Positions 22,469-31,788 of a stretch of DNA of 64,000 bases are shown in pieces. The notes beneath the pieces were generated by a model. It was not told where the DNA came from, did no database searches, and saw only the letters and a list, made by a program, of their open reading frames with translations. The stretch comes from an uncultured delta proteobacterium (GTDB taxonomy: Bacteria; Myxococcota_A; Polyangia; Polyangiales; Polyangiaceae), in contig CAWDXG010000001.1 in NCBI GenBank assembly GCA_963806225.1, positions 1,376,001-1,440,000 of the forward strand. Direction: 5' to 3'. The position numbers and the translations under genes were made by a program. The stretch's first letter is position 1, and each line of letters begins with the position of its first letter.

Positions 22469-22484
22469 TGGCTCGCGGCTTGCA
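22469..22484 (+). promoter_or_regulatory. Candidate sigma54 -24/-12 promoter
   Basis: TGGCTCGCGGCTTGCA: GG-N10-GC, close to the TGGCAC-N5-TTGCW consensus. Confidence 0.6.
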
Positions 22485-22677
22485 CCCCCGGGGGCGCCAT
22501 GCGCTGTGTTGCTGCCGCGAGTACTGCAGGAACTGCGGCATATGCGCTTTCGAGGGCGGGATGTCTCCCGGAGCCGACGCAATCGCTGCGCGATGATCGG
22601 GCGCTCGCGCAGGGTATGCGGGGGCAATGCCACCTTCACCGGTCCGTCCCTGCCGGCCCGTCCCCGGAACAACGCCG

Positions 22678-23454
22678 ATGAACAGTGCGCGAAACGACGA
22701 CATCGGCCGATTGGCAGTGCGGGTGCGCCGGACGGAGCAGGGCGATGGCGAGGCGATCCTCGACCTCAGCGTGTTCTGCCCACTGCGCGGGCATACGATG
22801 TCGTTGGATGACTGCAGCAGCTGCGAGCGATGCGAGGGGCTCACGCTCGAGTCCGGTACCAACCGGGCGTTTCTGCGCTGCCATTGCCGGCCCCAGCCGG
22901 AGGAGGGAGGGACGGTGGACAGCCGTCACCGTGATGGAGCTCGCTCATCGGCGAAGCAGACCCTGATCTCGGAGATCATGACCGCGGACGTGGTCTGCGT
23001 CTCGCCGGATCTGGCGGTCGAAGCGCTGACGGCGATGTTCCTCGAGCGGAACATCAGCGGCGCGCCGGTGGTCGACGACACAGGTCGCCCGGTAGGAGTC
23101 GTCAGCAAGACCGATCTGATCCGCGAGCAGCAGGATGCGGGCGACGACCAGGAAACCGAGCGGCTGGTGATCCGCCGCCAGGGCTACGAGGTGGAGCTCG
23201 GGCCCGGCTTCCACGCGGAGCGCATCACGCGGGCCACGGTGGGCGAGATCATGATGCCCATCGCGTTCACGCTGCCCGAGACGGCATCGGTGTCGCGCGC
23301 CGCGGCGCTGATGGCGCTCGAAGGCGTGCACCGTCTTCCGGTGATCAGCGAGGAAGGCAAGGTGGTCGGCATCCTGTCGGCCATGGACATCCTGCGCTGG
23401 CTCGCGGAAACCGAGGGCTATCTGGTCCCGCGCGGCCGCGCGTCGGGAGAGTAG
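22678..23454 (+). CDS. CBS-pair protein with N-terminal Cys cluster
   Basis: ISGAPVVD...GVVSKTDL and HRLPVI...GILSAMD; N-terminal CP...CxxCxxC...CxC. Confidence 0.88.
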   Translation: MNSARNDDIGRLAVRVRRTEQGDGEAILDLSVFCPLRGHTMSLDDCSSCERCEGLTLESGTNRAFLRCHCRPQPEEGGTVDSRHRDGARSSAKQTLISEIMTADVVCVSPDLAVEALTAMFLERNISGAPVVDDTGRPVGVVSKTDLIREQQDAGDDQETERLVIRRQGYEVELGPGFHAERITRATVGEIMMPIAFTLPETASVSRAAALMALEGVHRLPVISEEGKVVGILSAMDILRWLAETEGYLVPRGRASGE

Positions 23455-23469
23455 GGCCGCGCGGCGGAG

Positions 23470-23844
23470 TCACAGATTGCACGGGTCGATGTGGCACTCG
23501 AGGGGCTGACCCGGGTTCGCACAGCAACCCTCGCGCGGGTCCTGGCAGCCGCCGTCCAGCGTGCCGCAGACGCAGTGGCCGTGGCCGTCGTCCCCTCCAA
23601 GGCAGCAGAAGCCGCCGACGCACGTCGCCGCGATCCCGAAGTACGGCTCGCAATCGTTTGACAGCTTGCATGGGTACTGGCGCAAGCCGGCCTCCGCTTC
23701 CGCGGCTCCGTCGTCGGTCCCGCCCGCGTCGGCGGGGCTCACTTCTGCGCCCGCATCGACGGGCGCGGCCTCGCTGACCTGCCTGCTGCCACAGGCCGCG
23801 CACGCGACCATCAGCAGCGCTACTTGAAGCAATCGGTATGACAT
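23470..23844 (-). CDS. Small Cys-rich lipoprotein (12-Cys domain), copy A
   Basis: Lipobox-like CAAC; DAG linker; 12 Cys in the C-terminal domain. Confidence 0.7.
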   Translation of the reverse strand: MSYRLLQVALLMVACAACGSRQVSEAAPVDAGAEVSPADAGGTDDGAAEAEAGLRQYPCKLSNDCEPYFGIAATCVGGFCCLGGDDGHGHCVCGTLDGGCQDPREGCCANPGQPLECHIDPCNL

Positions 23845-24203
23845 CCTGGATATCCCGTTTTGTCGGCGCAGCAGTGCTGGCCCGAGGTACAGCCCAGGTG
23901 CTCGCCGCAGAAACATCCCGCGTCATGGGTCACGAACCCGATGCAGCAGCGCCCGCCAAAGCAGATCCCGTCGAAATATGGGCTGCATTCGGGGAATTCG
24001 CTGCACGGGCCGCTCTCCGGTGTCCACCACCCGCCCGCCGCGGCATCCGCGCCGGCGTCGGCTGGAGCTGCCTCCGCGGAAACGTCGTGCCCGGCGTCGC
24101 GGGGCGCGCCGCCATGGTCCGGTACGCCGACGACTCCACCACAGCCCACCACCGTGACGAGGAAGAGCGCCAACGCGAGGTCACCAGACCGTTGCCTGGA
24201 CAT
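23820..24203 (-). CDS. Small Cys-rich lipoprotein (12-Cys domain), copy B
   Basis: Lipobox VVGC; same Cys skeleton as copy A. Confidence 0.7.
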   Translation of the reverse strand: MSRQRSGDLALALFLVTVVGCGGVVGVPDHGGAPRDAGHDVSAEAAPADAGADAAAGGWWTPESGPCSEFPECSPYFDGICFGGRCCIGFVTHDAGCFCGEHLGCTSGQHCCADKTGYPGCHTDCFK

Positions 24204-25761
24204 GCAAGTCGTTTCCGGGCGACACACAGCCCCCACGACTGTCGGCCCACGCTGAGACAGTCAAGCTCGGGATCGGCAGTCTAACGCTGCCAATGTAGTC
24301 ACCATAGCGATTGTTGTCGTAGGGGCAGGGAAGGTAGGTCGACTCCCGCGGATTCGTGAACGGATCCGCCAAGGCCAACGAAACTACCCCGGCCCACTTC
24401 GCGTCGCCATCGGGATCGAGACCGCCGAGGACTCCCTCGGGCTCCAGTCCTACACCTTCGCCACGGTTCTCGTAGAACGTGACCGAGACGCCCTGGTTGT
24501 TGCGATCGGCCACGACGGACGGCTGCAGCAGGTCGCCACTATGCAGCCCCTTGAAAGTCTTGTAGCGCCACCCGGTTTCCGGCGTACACCGGTGGGCTTC
24601 AGTGTCGTCGCAGTCTGCGACGACTACATCCTGTTCGCCGGCATCGGCTTTCTCGGCATAGGTGATCCACAGATGCGTTCCTGTCGGCCGGCGGGTGATG
24701 TCGAAGCTCATGGGCACCACATCCAGGATCGTGCGGGTCGCGTCGCCCGATTTCCAGCTCCAGATCGTATTCGTCGTCGTGAACCTGGAAAACACCAACG
24801 AGGTGGATGCGTCGGACACCGTTGTCCGTACGATTCTCCAAGCGCGGTCCCCCGTATCCAGGTAGGGCTTGTTCTGGTCGAACCCCTGCCTCTGGTAGGC
24901 GACGAACAGATTCCCGGTGCCTTCGTGCGAGATCTTCACAATGGGGTTCGTGACCATCGAAATCGGGCTGCCTACGTCCAGCAGGCGCGTCGTCCACGAC
25001 TGGTCCGCGGCGCCCTGGTCGGAGAAGAGGCTGAAAGCCTTGCTCAGCGCGATGTCGAACTGGACGTTCGAGGGGCCTAGCTTCCGCTTGAGCCTGGACG
25101 CGACGGCGGCGATCTGGATCGCACCACTTCCGAAGGGTACGGTCCCGAGATCAACGGAGGGCTTGTCGAACGTCGCAATCCCGGCGCCGCCCGGTGCGTC
25201 CGCTGCTACGTCGGGAGCCCGCGCAATGATCCGCCAGGGCGAGAACTCCTGGTTCCCGATGGATTCGGTGAGCGCCAGCGCGTCGGGGGACCCACCCCGG
25301 TAGCCGACCACCGTATAGATCAGCGTTGGTCCGTCGCTTGCGAGCCACGGGTCGCCGCCTGTCCACGAGAGATCCGGATCCACCGACGTGTACGGAAGCG
25401 ATTTGTAGTGCCAGCTCGAACCGAGATCGTTACTCCAGGAAGTCGCCTCGAGGTTGTGGAAGTCCGGGTCCCCCGCCAGAACCGCACTCTCCTCGGTCAG
25501 GTCGTTGTAGGCGATCCAGATGCGCCGATGATTCGTGGCGCTGGTATCCGGAGTCGTTGCCAGACTCGGTTCGGTTTGAGCGTAGCTCCGCTCACCCGCG
25601 CGCTTCCGGCGGCCACGTCGAGGTGGAGCCGTCCCGCCGCGAGCGCTCGCGACTGTGCGGCGGAAAGCAGCCCGGGACGGTACGCCGGCGCTTCGTGGAG
25701 CCCGTGCGCGACAATCGGGCCGAGCGGATCGACGCCGATGAATGCGTGTCTGTGCCGGCAC
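24181..25761 (-). CDS. BNR/sialidase-like beta-propeller protein; true N-terminus uncertain (possible frameshift near 25590)
   Basis: QTEPSLA, WSNDLGSSW Asp-box, GDPWLA, FDKPSV, YGDYIG, AWADSR. Confidence 0.7.
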   Translation of the reverse strand: MPAQTRIHRRRSARPDCRARAPRSAGVPSRAAFRRTVASARGGTAPPRRGRRKRAGERSYAQTEPSLATTPDTSATNHRRIWIAYNDLTEESAVLAGDPDFHNLEATSWSNDLGSSWHYKSLPYTSVDPDLSWTGGDPWLASDGPTLIYTVVGYRGGSPDALALTESIGNQEFSPWRIIARAPDVAADAPGGAGIATFDKPSVDLGTVPFGSGAIQIAAVASRLKRKLGPSNVQFDIALSKAFSLFSDQGAADQSWTTRLLDVGSPISMVTNPIVKISHEGTGNLFVAYQRQGFDQNKPYLDTGDRAWRIVRTTVSDASTSLVFSRFTTTNTIWSWKSGDATRTILDVVPMSFDITRRPTGTHLWITYAEKADAGEQDVVVADCDDTEAHRCTPETGWRYKTFKGLHSGDLLQPSVVADRNNQGVSVTFYENRGEGVGLEPEGVLGGLDPDGDAKWAGVVSLALADPFTNPRESTYLPCPYDNNRYGDYIGSVRLPIPSLTVSAWADSRGGCVSPGNDLHVQATVW

Positions 25762-26030
25762 CGCACCCAGGCTCCGTCGTGGCTTCCTTTGTCGGCGGTC
25801 GTGTCGCGTGCGGCGTTCAGCACGGGCTGGGACGCCGGGGCCGTGCGCTCCGCGATCGGCGGGTCACCGGCACGCTGGGTGCAGGACAGCAGTCTCTGGT
25901 CGATTCCATGTTTGCCGCCATTGATGGATACCAAGATTCCGTGTGGCAACAACCGCCCGCGAAACAGGACGCTTGGCTGCCCGGCGGCGCCCATGTGCGT
26001 CGCAACGTCGAGCGCGGGGACGAGGCGCGC

Positions 26031-26220
26031 GTCGGGCGTTGCCCAGGGCGAGGGGTCCGTCACGTCGAGCGGGCAGTCGGCGGGCGCCGTGGTCAGGCTG
26101 ACCTGGGTCGCGATGGCGCTGCCCGCTCCAAGCACGCTTGCCGTGAACAGCTGGAACTTGAAGATCCCCGTCACGCGATCGCTCGACCACCAGGCGCGTC
26201 CCGACGCGCCCGCGAGGGCC
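26031..26220 (-). pseudogene. 63-codon remnant homologous to part of the 28099..29280 gene
   Basis: By hand count, 154/190 nt and 56/63 aa are identical to 28351..28540; no start codon of its own. Confidence 0.85.
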
Positions 26221-26290
26221 TGGCGGGGGCGCCCATGTGCAGGAAGAAGCGCCCGCCCAGGCGTCGCAGCAGGGCGACCCCTGGATCGCT

Positions 26291-27922
26291 CTACACGCTG
26301 ATCGCGCCCTTGCGGAAGTCGCTGCCGGCGATCTTCACGTTGACGCAGGCGGGCACCTTGCTGTCGAACGCGGCGTCGAGCGCCGGGCCGAGCTCGTCGA
26401 TCTTCTCGACCCAGAAGCCCTTGCCGCCGACGGCTTCGACCACCTTGTCGTAGCGCGTGTAGTCGAGGGACGTCGCGACGGCGCGATCCTCGCCGTACAT
26501 GCTGATCTGGCCGCGGCGGATCTGCGTCCAGCTGGCATCGTTGCCAATCACGGCCACGACCGGCAGGCCCTGTCGGGCCATGGCCTCGAACTCGAGGCCG
26601 TGCAGTCCGAAGGAGCCGTCGCCGTACATGATGACGGTGCGTGCGTCGGGGCGCGTGAGCGCCGCCGCCATGGCGTAACCGGGTCCGATGCCGAGCGTGC
26701 CGAGCGGGCCCGGATCCATCCACAGCTGCGGCCACTCGAGCGGGATGACGTACGCGGCCGTCGCGACGAAGTCTCCGCCGTCGCCGATCACGATGTCGTT
26801 CCTGCCCAGGCGCTTGCCCACCTCGTGGCAGACACGCAGCGGATTCGGCGGGCTGTCGTTGTTCTCGATCTCGGCGGACATCTTCGCGCGGCGCTTGGTC
26901 TCCGCCTCGCGCAGCGACGCGAGCCACTCCGGGGCCTTTTTCGAGCCGACGGCTTCCAGCAGCTGCTCGAGCACCAGCCCGCTGTCGCCGTGGATCGCAA
27001 CGTCGACCGAGCGGTTGCGCCCGAGCTCGCCGCCGTCCAGATCGACCTGCACGATCTTCGCGTCGGGATTCCAGGTGCCGGGGCGGCCGTAGTCCACGCG
27101 GAAATCGAAGGGCGTGCCGAATACGAAGATGACGTCGCTCTCTTTGAGCGCCTGCCGGCGGGAGCGCGTGAACAGCCCGGGGTGCTTGTAGGGCAGGGCG
27201 CCACGCGCCATGCCGTTCAGGAAGAACGGCGCCTCGACCTTGTCGGCGAAGCTCTGCACGATCTCGCGTCGCTCGGACCAGCGGATCTGCGCGCCGATGA
27301 TGAAGCTCGGCCGCTCCGCCTTTTTCAGCAGGTCCGCCGCCCGCACGATGCTGTTCGGGTCGCCCGCAGGTCGCGGCGGCGGCGCAATGGGCGAGGTGAG
27401 CGGCTGCTCGTCCTCGGCGTAGTTCATCAGCAGGTCGAGCGGCATCTCCAGGTACACCGGTCCGGGCAGGTTCGACTGCGCCACGCGGAAGGCGGCGTCG
27501 ATGTACTCCTTGATGCGCCGGGCCTCCGGAACCTGCACGCTCCACTTGGTGATTGGACGCATCAGCGTGACCGAGTCCATGTCCTGCAGCGAGCCCATGT
27601 CGCACAGCGCTTTGGGGCCCGCGCCGCCGATGCACACCATCGGCACGCCCGCGCGCTGCGCGTTGGCCACGGCCGTCACCACGTCCGTGATGCCCGGACC
27701 CGCCGTCACGAGACACACGCCCGGCCTGCCCGTGACGCGCGCGTAGCCGTCCGCGGCATGCCCGGAGGTCTGCTCGTGCCGCGTGTCGACGACTCGGATG
27801 TCCTCGTCGATGCAGCCGTCGTAGATGGCCTGGATGTGGCCGCCGCAGAGCGTGAAGACGTGGGTGATGCCGTGTCGCTTGAGCGCCTGTGCCACCAGGC
27901 GTCCGCCGTGAACCTGTGCCAT
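26291..27922 (-). CDS. ThDP-dependent enzyme, acetolactate synthase-like (IlvBL / 2-hydroxyacyl-CoA lyase type)
   Basis: FTLCGGHI, TRHEQ, TAGPG, DPGPLGTLG, GDGSFG...GNDASW. Confidence 0.92.
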   Translation of the reverse strand: MAQVHGGRLVAQALKRHGITHVFTLCGGHIQAIYDGCIDEDIRVVDTRHEQTSGHAADGYARVTGRPGVCLVTAGPGITDVVTAVANAQRAGVPMVCIGGAGPKALCDMGSLQDMDSVTLMRPITKWSVQVPEARRIKEYIDAAFRVAQSNLPGPVYLEMPLDLLMNYAEDEQPLTSPIAPPPRPAGDPNSIVRAADLLKKAERPSFIIGAQIRWSERREIVQSFADKVEAPFFLNGMARGALPYKHPGLFTRSRRQALKESDVIFVFGTPFDFRVDYGRPGTWNPDAKIVQVDLDGGELGRNRSVDVAIHGDSGLVLEQLLEAVGSKKAPEWLASLREAETKRRAKMSAEIENNDSPPNPLRVCHEVGKRLGRNDIVIGDGGDFVATAAYVIPLEWPQLWMDPGPLGTLGIGPGYAMAAALTRPDARTVIMYGDGSFGLHGLEFEAMARQGLPVVAVIGNDASWTQIRRGQISMYGEDRAVATSLDYTRYDKVVEAVGGKGFWVEKIDELGPALDAAFDSKVPACVNVKIAGSDFRKGAISV

Positions 27923-27985
27923 GGCCGGGACCCTACCACTACTGCGGCATATTTCAGCCGCCCGCCTTCAGCCCTGGAAGAGGAG

Positions 27986-28087
27986 GCGAGCGACGGCGAG
28001 CCCGCGACGAGCGGAGCGAGTCGCGTCGGGGTGCTCGAGGGGCGGTGAGCCCCCTCGAGGAGGAGTCCGGTGGGGGGGGTGGAGACC
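27986..28087. repeat. Structured intergenic repeat (REP-like), copy 1
   Basis: Aligns with 54445..54549; two hairpins. Confidence 0.75.
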
Positions 28088-28098
28088 GGCGCCGACGT

Positions 28099-29280
28099 TC
28101 AGCGGCGGTGGGCGCGGTAGAGCCGCGTGGTCTTGGCTCCGTTGCGGTCGGAGGCGAAGTACAGCCAGCACATGTCCGGCGACAGGCTCGGCTGCGCGTC
28201 GTTGATGTTCTGCAGATCCACGTCGATCTCGTCGGCCTGTTGGCTCACCTTGCCGCTCTTGTCGGGGCGCGCGACGAACATGTCGAGCCGCGCGTTCGTG
28301 TTGTTGCAGTCGGTGTAGTGCTCGCTCGAGTCGAACAAGAGCAGCTTGCCGTCGGGCGTCGCCCAGGGCGAGGGATCGGCGACATCGAGCGGGCAGTTGG
28401 CCGGTGCGGTCGTCAGGCTCACCTGTGTTGCCGTGGCGCTGCCGGCGCCGAGCACGCTCGCGGTGAACAGCTGGTACTTGAAGATGCCGGTGACGCGGTC
28501 GCTCGACCACCACGCCCGTCCGGCGTCGGCGGCCAGCGCCAGACTGAAGTTGCTGTTTTCGTCGTTGATGGGAGCGGGCAGCGGTGCGATCGCTGTCGTG
28601 ACGCCCTTGTCGTCGATGCTCGAGCCGACGATCTGGCGGTTCAGCGTGTTCGGAATGGCGTGGTCGAAGTAGAAGTTGTAGCTCGAAAGCGCGCCCGACG
28701 CGGGCGTGGCCGCGATCAGCGGCGCACCGTTGCCGTCCGTGTTCGCGCTCGCTTCCATGCCGGCGCTCGTCGCGAAGTCGTCTGTCACCCAGATCGCCCG
28801 GGTCCAGCCGATCGCGCCCTCGACGGTGTAGACGAGGCCCTGGTCGCCGACCGCACGCGGGTAGCGCAGCCAGTCGTCCGGGTGCGCGGCGTTGACGTGG
28901 TCGAGCGGCTCGGGCGTGCCGAAGTGGAAGCGGGCGGTGTCGGCGCAGTCGTGGCACAGGCTGTCGTCGCCGCAGTAGTGACCTGGGCCGCAAAAGCTGT
29001 CGTCGCTGCACGTCGCGCCCGCGTCGGTTCCCGCCGCGCCCGCCGCTCCGCCCGCTGCGGCGGCTCCGCCGCCGTCGACCGCCCCCGTGCCGCCGCTCCC
29101 GCCCGCGGGTGCGCCGCCGTTGCCCGTTCCCGCCGCGCCGCCGCTGCCCGCCGCGCCGCCGCTGCCCGCCGCGCCTCCCTCCGCTGCGGACTGCGACACG
29201 AAGTCGGTGCTGCCGGTGCAGGCCAGGGTCATCAGAGCGATCCCGAGCGAGCCCAGCCAGAGCAAGGAAGAACGGGCCAT
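28099..29280 (-). CDS. Lipoprotein with Gly-rich linker, Cys-rich motif and PD40/TolB-like propeller
   Basis: Lipobox TLAC; PWATPDGKLLLFDS and QPSLSPDMCWLYFASDR PD40-like repeats. Confidence 0.8.
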   Translation of the reverse strand: MARSSLLWLGSLGIALMTLACTGSTDFVSQSAAEGGAAGSGGAAGSGGAAGTGNGGAPAGGSGGTGAVDGGGAAAAGGAAGAAGTDAGATCSDDSFCGPGHYCGDDSLCHDCADTARFHFGTPEPLDHVNAAHPDDWLRYPRAVGDQGLVYTVEGAIGWTRAIWVTDDFATSAGMEASANTDGNGAPLIAATPASGALSSYNFYFDHAIPNTLNRQIVGSSIDDKGVTTAIAPLPAPINDENSNFSLALAADAGRAWWSSDRVTGIFKYQLFTASVLGAGSATATQVSLTTAPANCPLDVADPSPWATPDGKLLLFDSSEHYTDCNNTNARLDMFVARPDKSGKVSQQADEIDVDLQNINDAQPSLSPDMCWLYFASDRNGAKTTRLYRAHRR

Positions 29281-29460
29281 GTTTCACCTCCGGAGGCGCG
29301 CCGGCGCGTGCGGCTGCTGCGGAAATGTCCCGTTCTGCTGCAATCCTGATGCCGACGCGTAAATACGGGGTTTCCGGCCCCGCGCCGGCTCGATGAGGCC
29401 ATCGGTTCACGGCGCGTGCCGTGACCCGGATTCACGCCGCGGAGCGGCCCCGGTGCACTC

Positions 29461-31494
29461 TCAGTGCACGCTGCCGACCAGCCAGGCGAAGCCCGGGACG
29501 AGCACCTCTTCCGGCGAGGCGCCACCGTGGCTGGCGGGCGAGGTGCCGGTCGACTGCGGCTCGGTGACGAATCCGTGGTCGCCGAACAGCATGACGAGCG
29601 TCCGCGGCGGCAGCTTCAGGAAGTGGTTGGCCACCGACTCGGCGACCTCGTTGGCCAGAGCGTCGAGGCGGGGCGCCAGTGACTCGCCGGCCACCGCCAT
29701 GTGCGACTCCACCAGATCGAGCTTCAGCACCTCGCGGTGGCCGGTCTTGATCCGGCGCGGTACGCCCGCGCTGCGACCGCGCGCGACGGGCAGCGTCGAT
29801 TCCGCGCCCTCGATCGGCTCGCGCAGCCCGTCCGGGCCGCGTCCGATGAGCTCGAGCTGCACTGCGGTCGTCGTCGGCAGCGCGGACCAGAGCAGCAGCC
29901 GCTCCGTCAGTGCCGCGTTCTGTCCCATCAGCATCTTGAGACGCTCCTGCACGCGCAGGCCCAGGTCGAAGCGCATGCCGTCGACCAGCAAGAGCTGCAC
30001 CGCGCGCGCACCGTGCAGCCGCCCGATGCGGTGGGCCACCTCCGGCACGTCCAGCACCATGGTGGGCCGCTTGCCGCGCAGTCTGAGCGCGTCGAACGCC
30101 TCGGAGTAGCTTTTCTCGAAGCTCGCCGCCCAGGTCTCCAGCACGTGCTCGGCCTCACCGTCGGCGACGCCACGGGCCACCGCGTCGGACAGCGGCACGT
30201 ACGAGGAGACGAACATGCGCTCGATCACGGCCAGTGGCTTCGGGCCGCGCGCGCTGTCGAGCTCGCGCATCCACGTCCGCCACTCGCTGCGCGCCCGCGC
30301 GAGGTTCTCGTCGTCCGGTGCGGGCTCGGCCTCGCTCTCGATCTCGCTCCCGGCGTCGGCCTCGCTCTCCGCCACCGTCGTGCCCGCGACGTCGGTCTCG
30401 AATCCGGCCTCGGCGTCGCTTCCGGTCGCGGGTTCCTCGGCTTCGGTTTCGGTCCCCGTCGTTGCGTTTGCGGTTTCCGACTCGGCTTCGGCTTCGGTTG
30501 TTGCGTTCGCCGTCTCGGCTACGGCCTCGGCTACGGGCTCGGGCTGGGGCTCGGGCTCGGCTACGGCCTCGGGCTCGCCTTCGACGCTCTCCGCGACGCC
30601 CTGCGCCCAGCCCGTGTACGCCTCTTCCACGGCCGGCGGCAACGCGCTCTCCGCTTCGGGCACGTCGGGGGCGTCGTCGAAGATGGCCGCCATCGCGCTC
30701 GCGAGATCGCGTTCCTCGACGTGTCCGGCGGGCTCGTCGATCCGGGGCGGTGCGTCCTCGGCTTCGAGCACGGGCTCCATGTCGGTGGCGGGCGGTGGGG
30801 TGGACAATGCCTCCGCGTCGGGCGGAAGCAGCTCGGCACCAGCCGGCGTCTCCTCGACCATCCAGTCGGGCGCCTCGTCGGCCACCGGTGCAACAGCTGG
30901 GGGCAGGTCGGACAGGTCCATCGCCGCGACGCTGGCCGCGACCTCGGGCGCCGCGTTGGGGGCTTCGCGCGGTCGGCTCGGGGGTGCGGCGTCGTGCTGC
31001 TCGACCAACGCGTGCAGCGCCGTCGGGGCGCCGTACACGCCGAGGAAGCGATCCTGCGCGTCGAGCAGAAGCCGCACCGAGCGCTCGGCCGCCGCGGCCA
31101 TCCACCAGCGGATGACCGCACTGTCCTCGGCGTCGAGCGTGCCGGCGAGATTGGCGATCCCTTCCAGCGTTGCGCAGCATACGAACAAGCCGCCGCGCCC
31201 GATCTGTCGGGCACGGAAGAGTTGATCGCTGAGTGACGCGTCGAGATCGCTCGAGGCGCCGACACCCGGAGGTGCCGCGCCGCGCCGTTCCAGCGCGCCT
31301 TCGACGGCGTTCTCGATCGCGAGCGCGAGCCGCCCGCGCAGGGCGGGACCCGGTGGCTCGACCTCGACGACAAGGAACCCGTCGCGTTCGGCAAGCTCAC
31401 GTTCGTGAGCGCGCTCCGCCGGTGCGACGAGACGCACCTCTCCCTGCTCCACCTGTTCGACGCTGTGTTCGCGCTCCGACGCTGCCCAGTTCAT
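29461..31494 (-). CDS. Protein with long acidic linker and C-terminal PglZ-like (alkaline phosphatase superfamily) domain
   Basis: LLLVDGMRFD, SALPTTT, FGDHGF and HGGASPEEVLVP; start could be 31494 or 31506. Confidence 0.75.
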   Translation of the reverse strand: MNWAASEREHSVEQVEQGEVRLVAPAERAHERELAERDGFLVVEVEPPGPALRGRLALAIENAVEGALERRGAAPPGVGASSDLDASLSDQLFRARQIGRGGLFVCCATLEGIANLAGTLDAEDSAVIRWWMAAAAERSVRLLLDAQDRFLGVYGAPTALHALVEQHDAAPPSRPREAPNAAPEVAASVAAMDLSDLPPAVAPVADEAPDWMVEETPAGAELLPPDAEALSTPPPATDMEPVLEAEDAPPRIDEPAGHVEERDLASAMAAIFDDAPDVPEAESALPPAVEEAYTGWAQGVAESVEGEPEAVAEPEPQPEPVAEAVAETANATTEAEAESETANATTGTETEAEEPATGSDAEAGFETDVAGTTVAESEADAGSEIESEAEPAPDDENLARARSEWRTWMRELDSARGPKPLAVIERMFVSSYVPLSDAVARGVADGEAEHVLETWAASFEKSYSEAFDALRLRGKRPTMVLDVPEVAHRIGRLHGARAVQLLLVDGMRFDLGLRVQERLKMLMGQNAALTERLLLWSALPTTTAVQLELIGRGPDGLREPIEGAESTLPVARGRSAGVPRRIKTGHREVLKLDLVESHMAVAGESLAPRLDALANEVAESVANHFLKLPPRTLVMLFGDHGFVTEPQSTGTSPASHGGASPEEVLVPGFAWLVGSVH

Positions 31495-31753
31495 GTGTCG
31501 AGCCATGGTCGAAATGGCCCGGACTGGCCCAGTTTTCTGCGACAATGCGCCCCGTTGTGCCCGGAAATCGGGGTTCCAGCGGCTGCCGCGCCCGAGTGGG
31601 GCGGCAAGCCAGGAACGACACCACCGCGGTTTGTCAAGCCATGGTTGGCCCGGAAGCGCGCGCAGACACTCCACGGGCTGCGCGTCGTGGCGTGACAACC
31701 TGACAATCGACATGACGCCTGGCGGATCGCACACGCGAGCACCCGTCACGCCG

Positions 31754-31782
31754 TTGACGAGCGAGATACGCGGAAATACATT
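31754..31782 (+). promoter_or_regulatory. sigma70 promoter of the 6S RNA candidate
   Basis: TTGACG-N17-TACATT, 6 nt upstream of the predicted RNA 5' end. Confidence 0.75.
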
Positions 31783-31788
31783 TGGGCT

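Noticed and set aside
25868..25883. sigma54-like CGGCACGCTGGGTGCA
   Set aside because: It points away from the nearby minus-strand genes with no plus-strand gene downstream, so it is likely a chance match.
29461..31506. BREX defence island
   Set aside because: Only a PglZ-like domain is present; there is no ATPase, methyltransferase or other brx gene in the window.
31693..31706. TGACAA direct repeat upstream of the 6S promoter
   Set aside because: Too short to support a binding-site call without comparative data.
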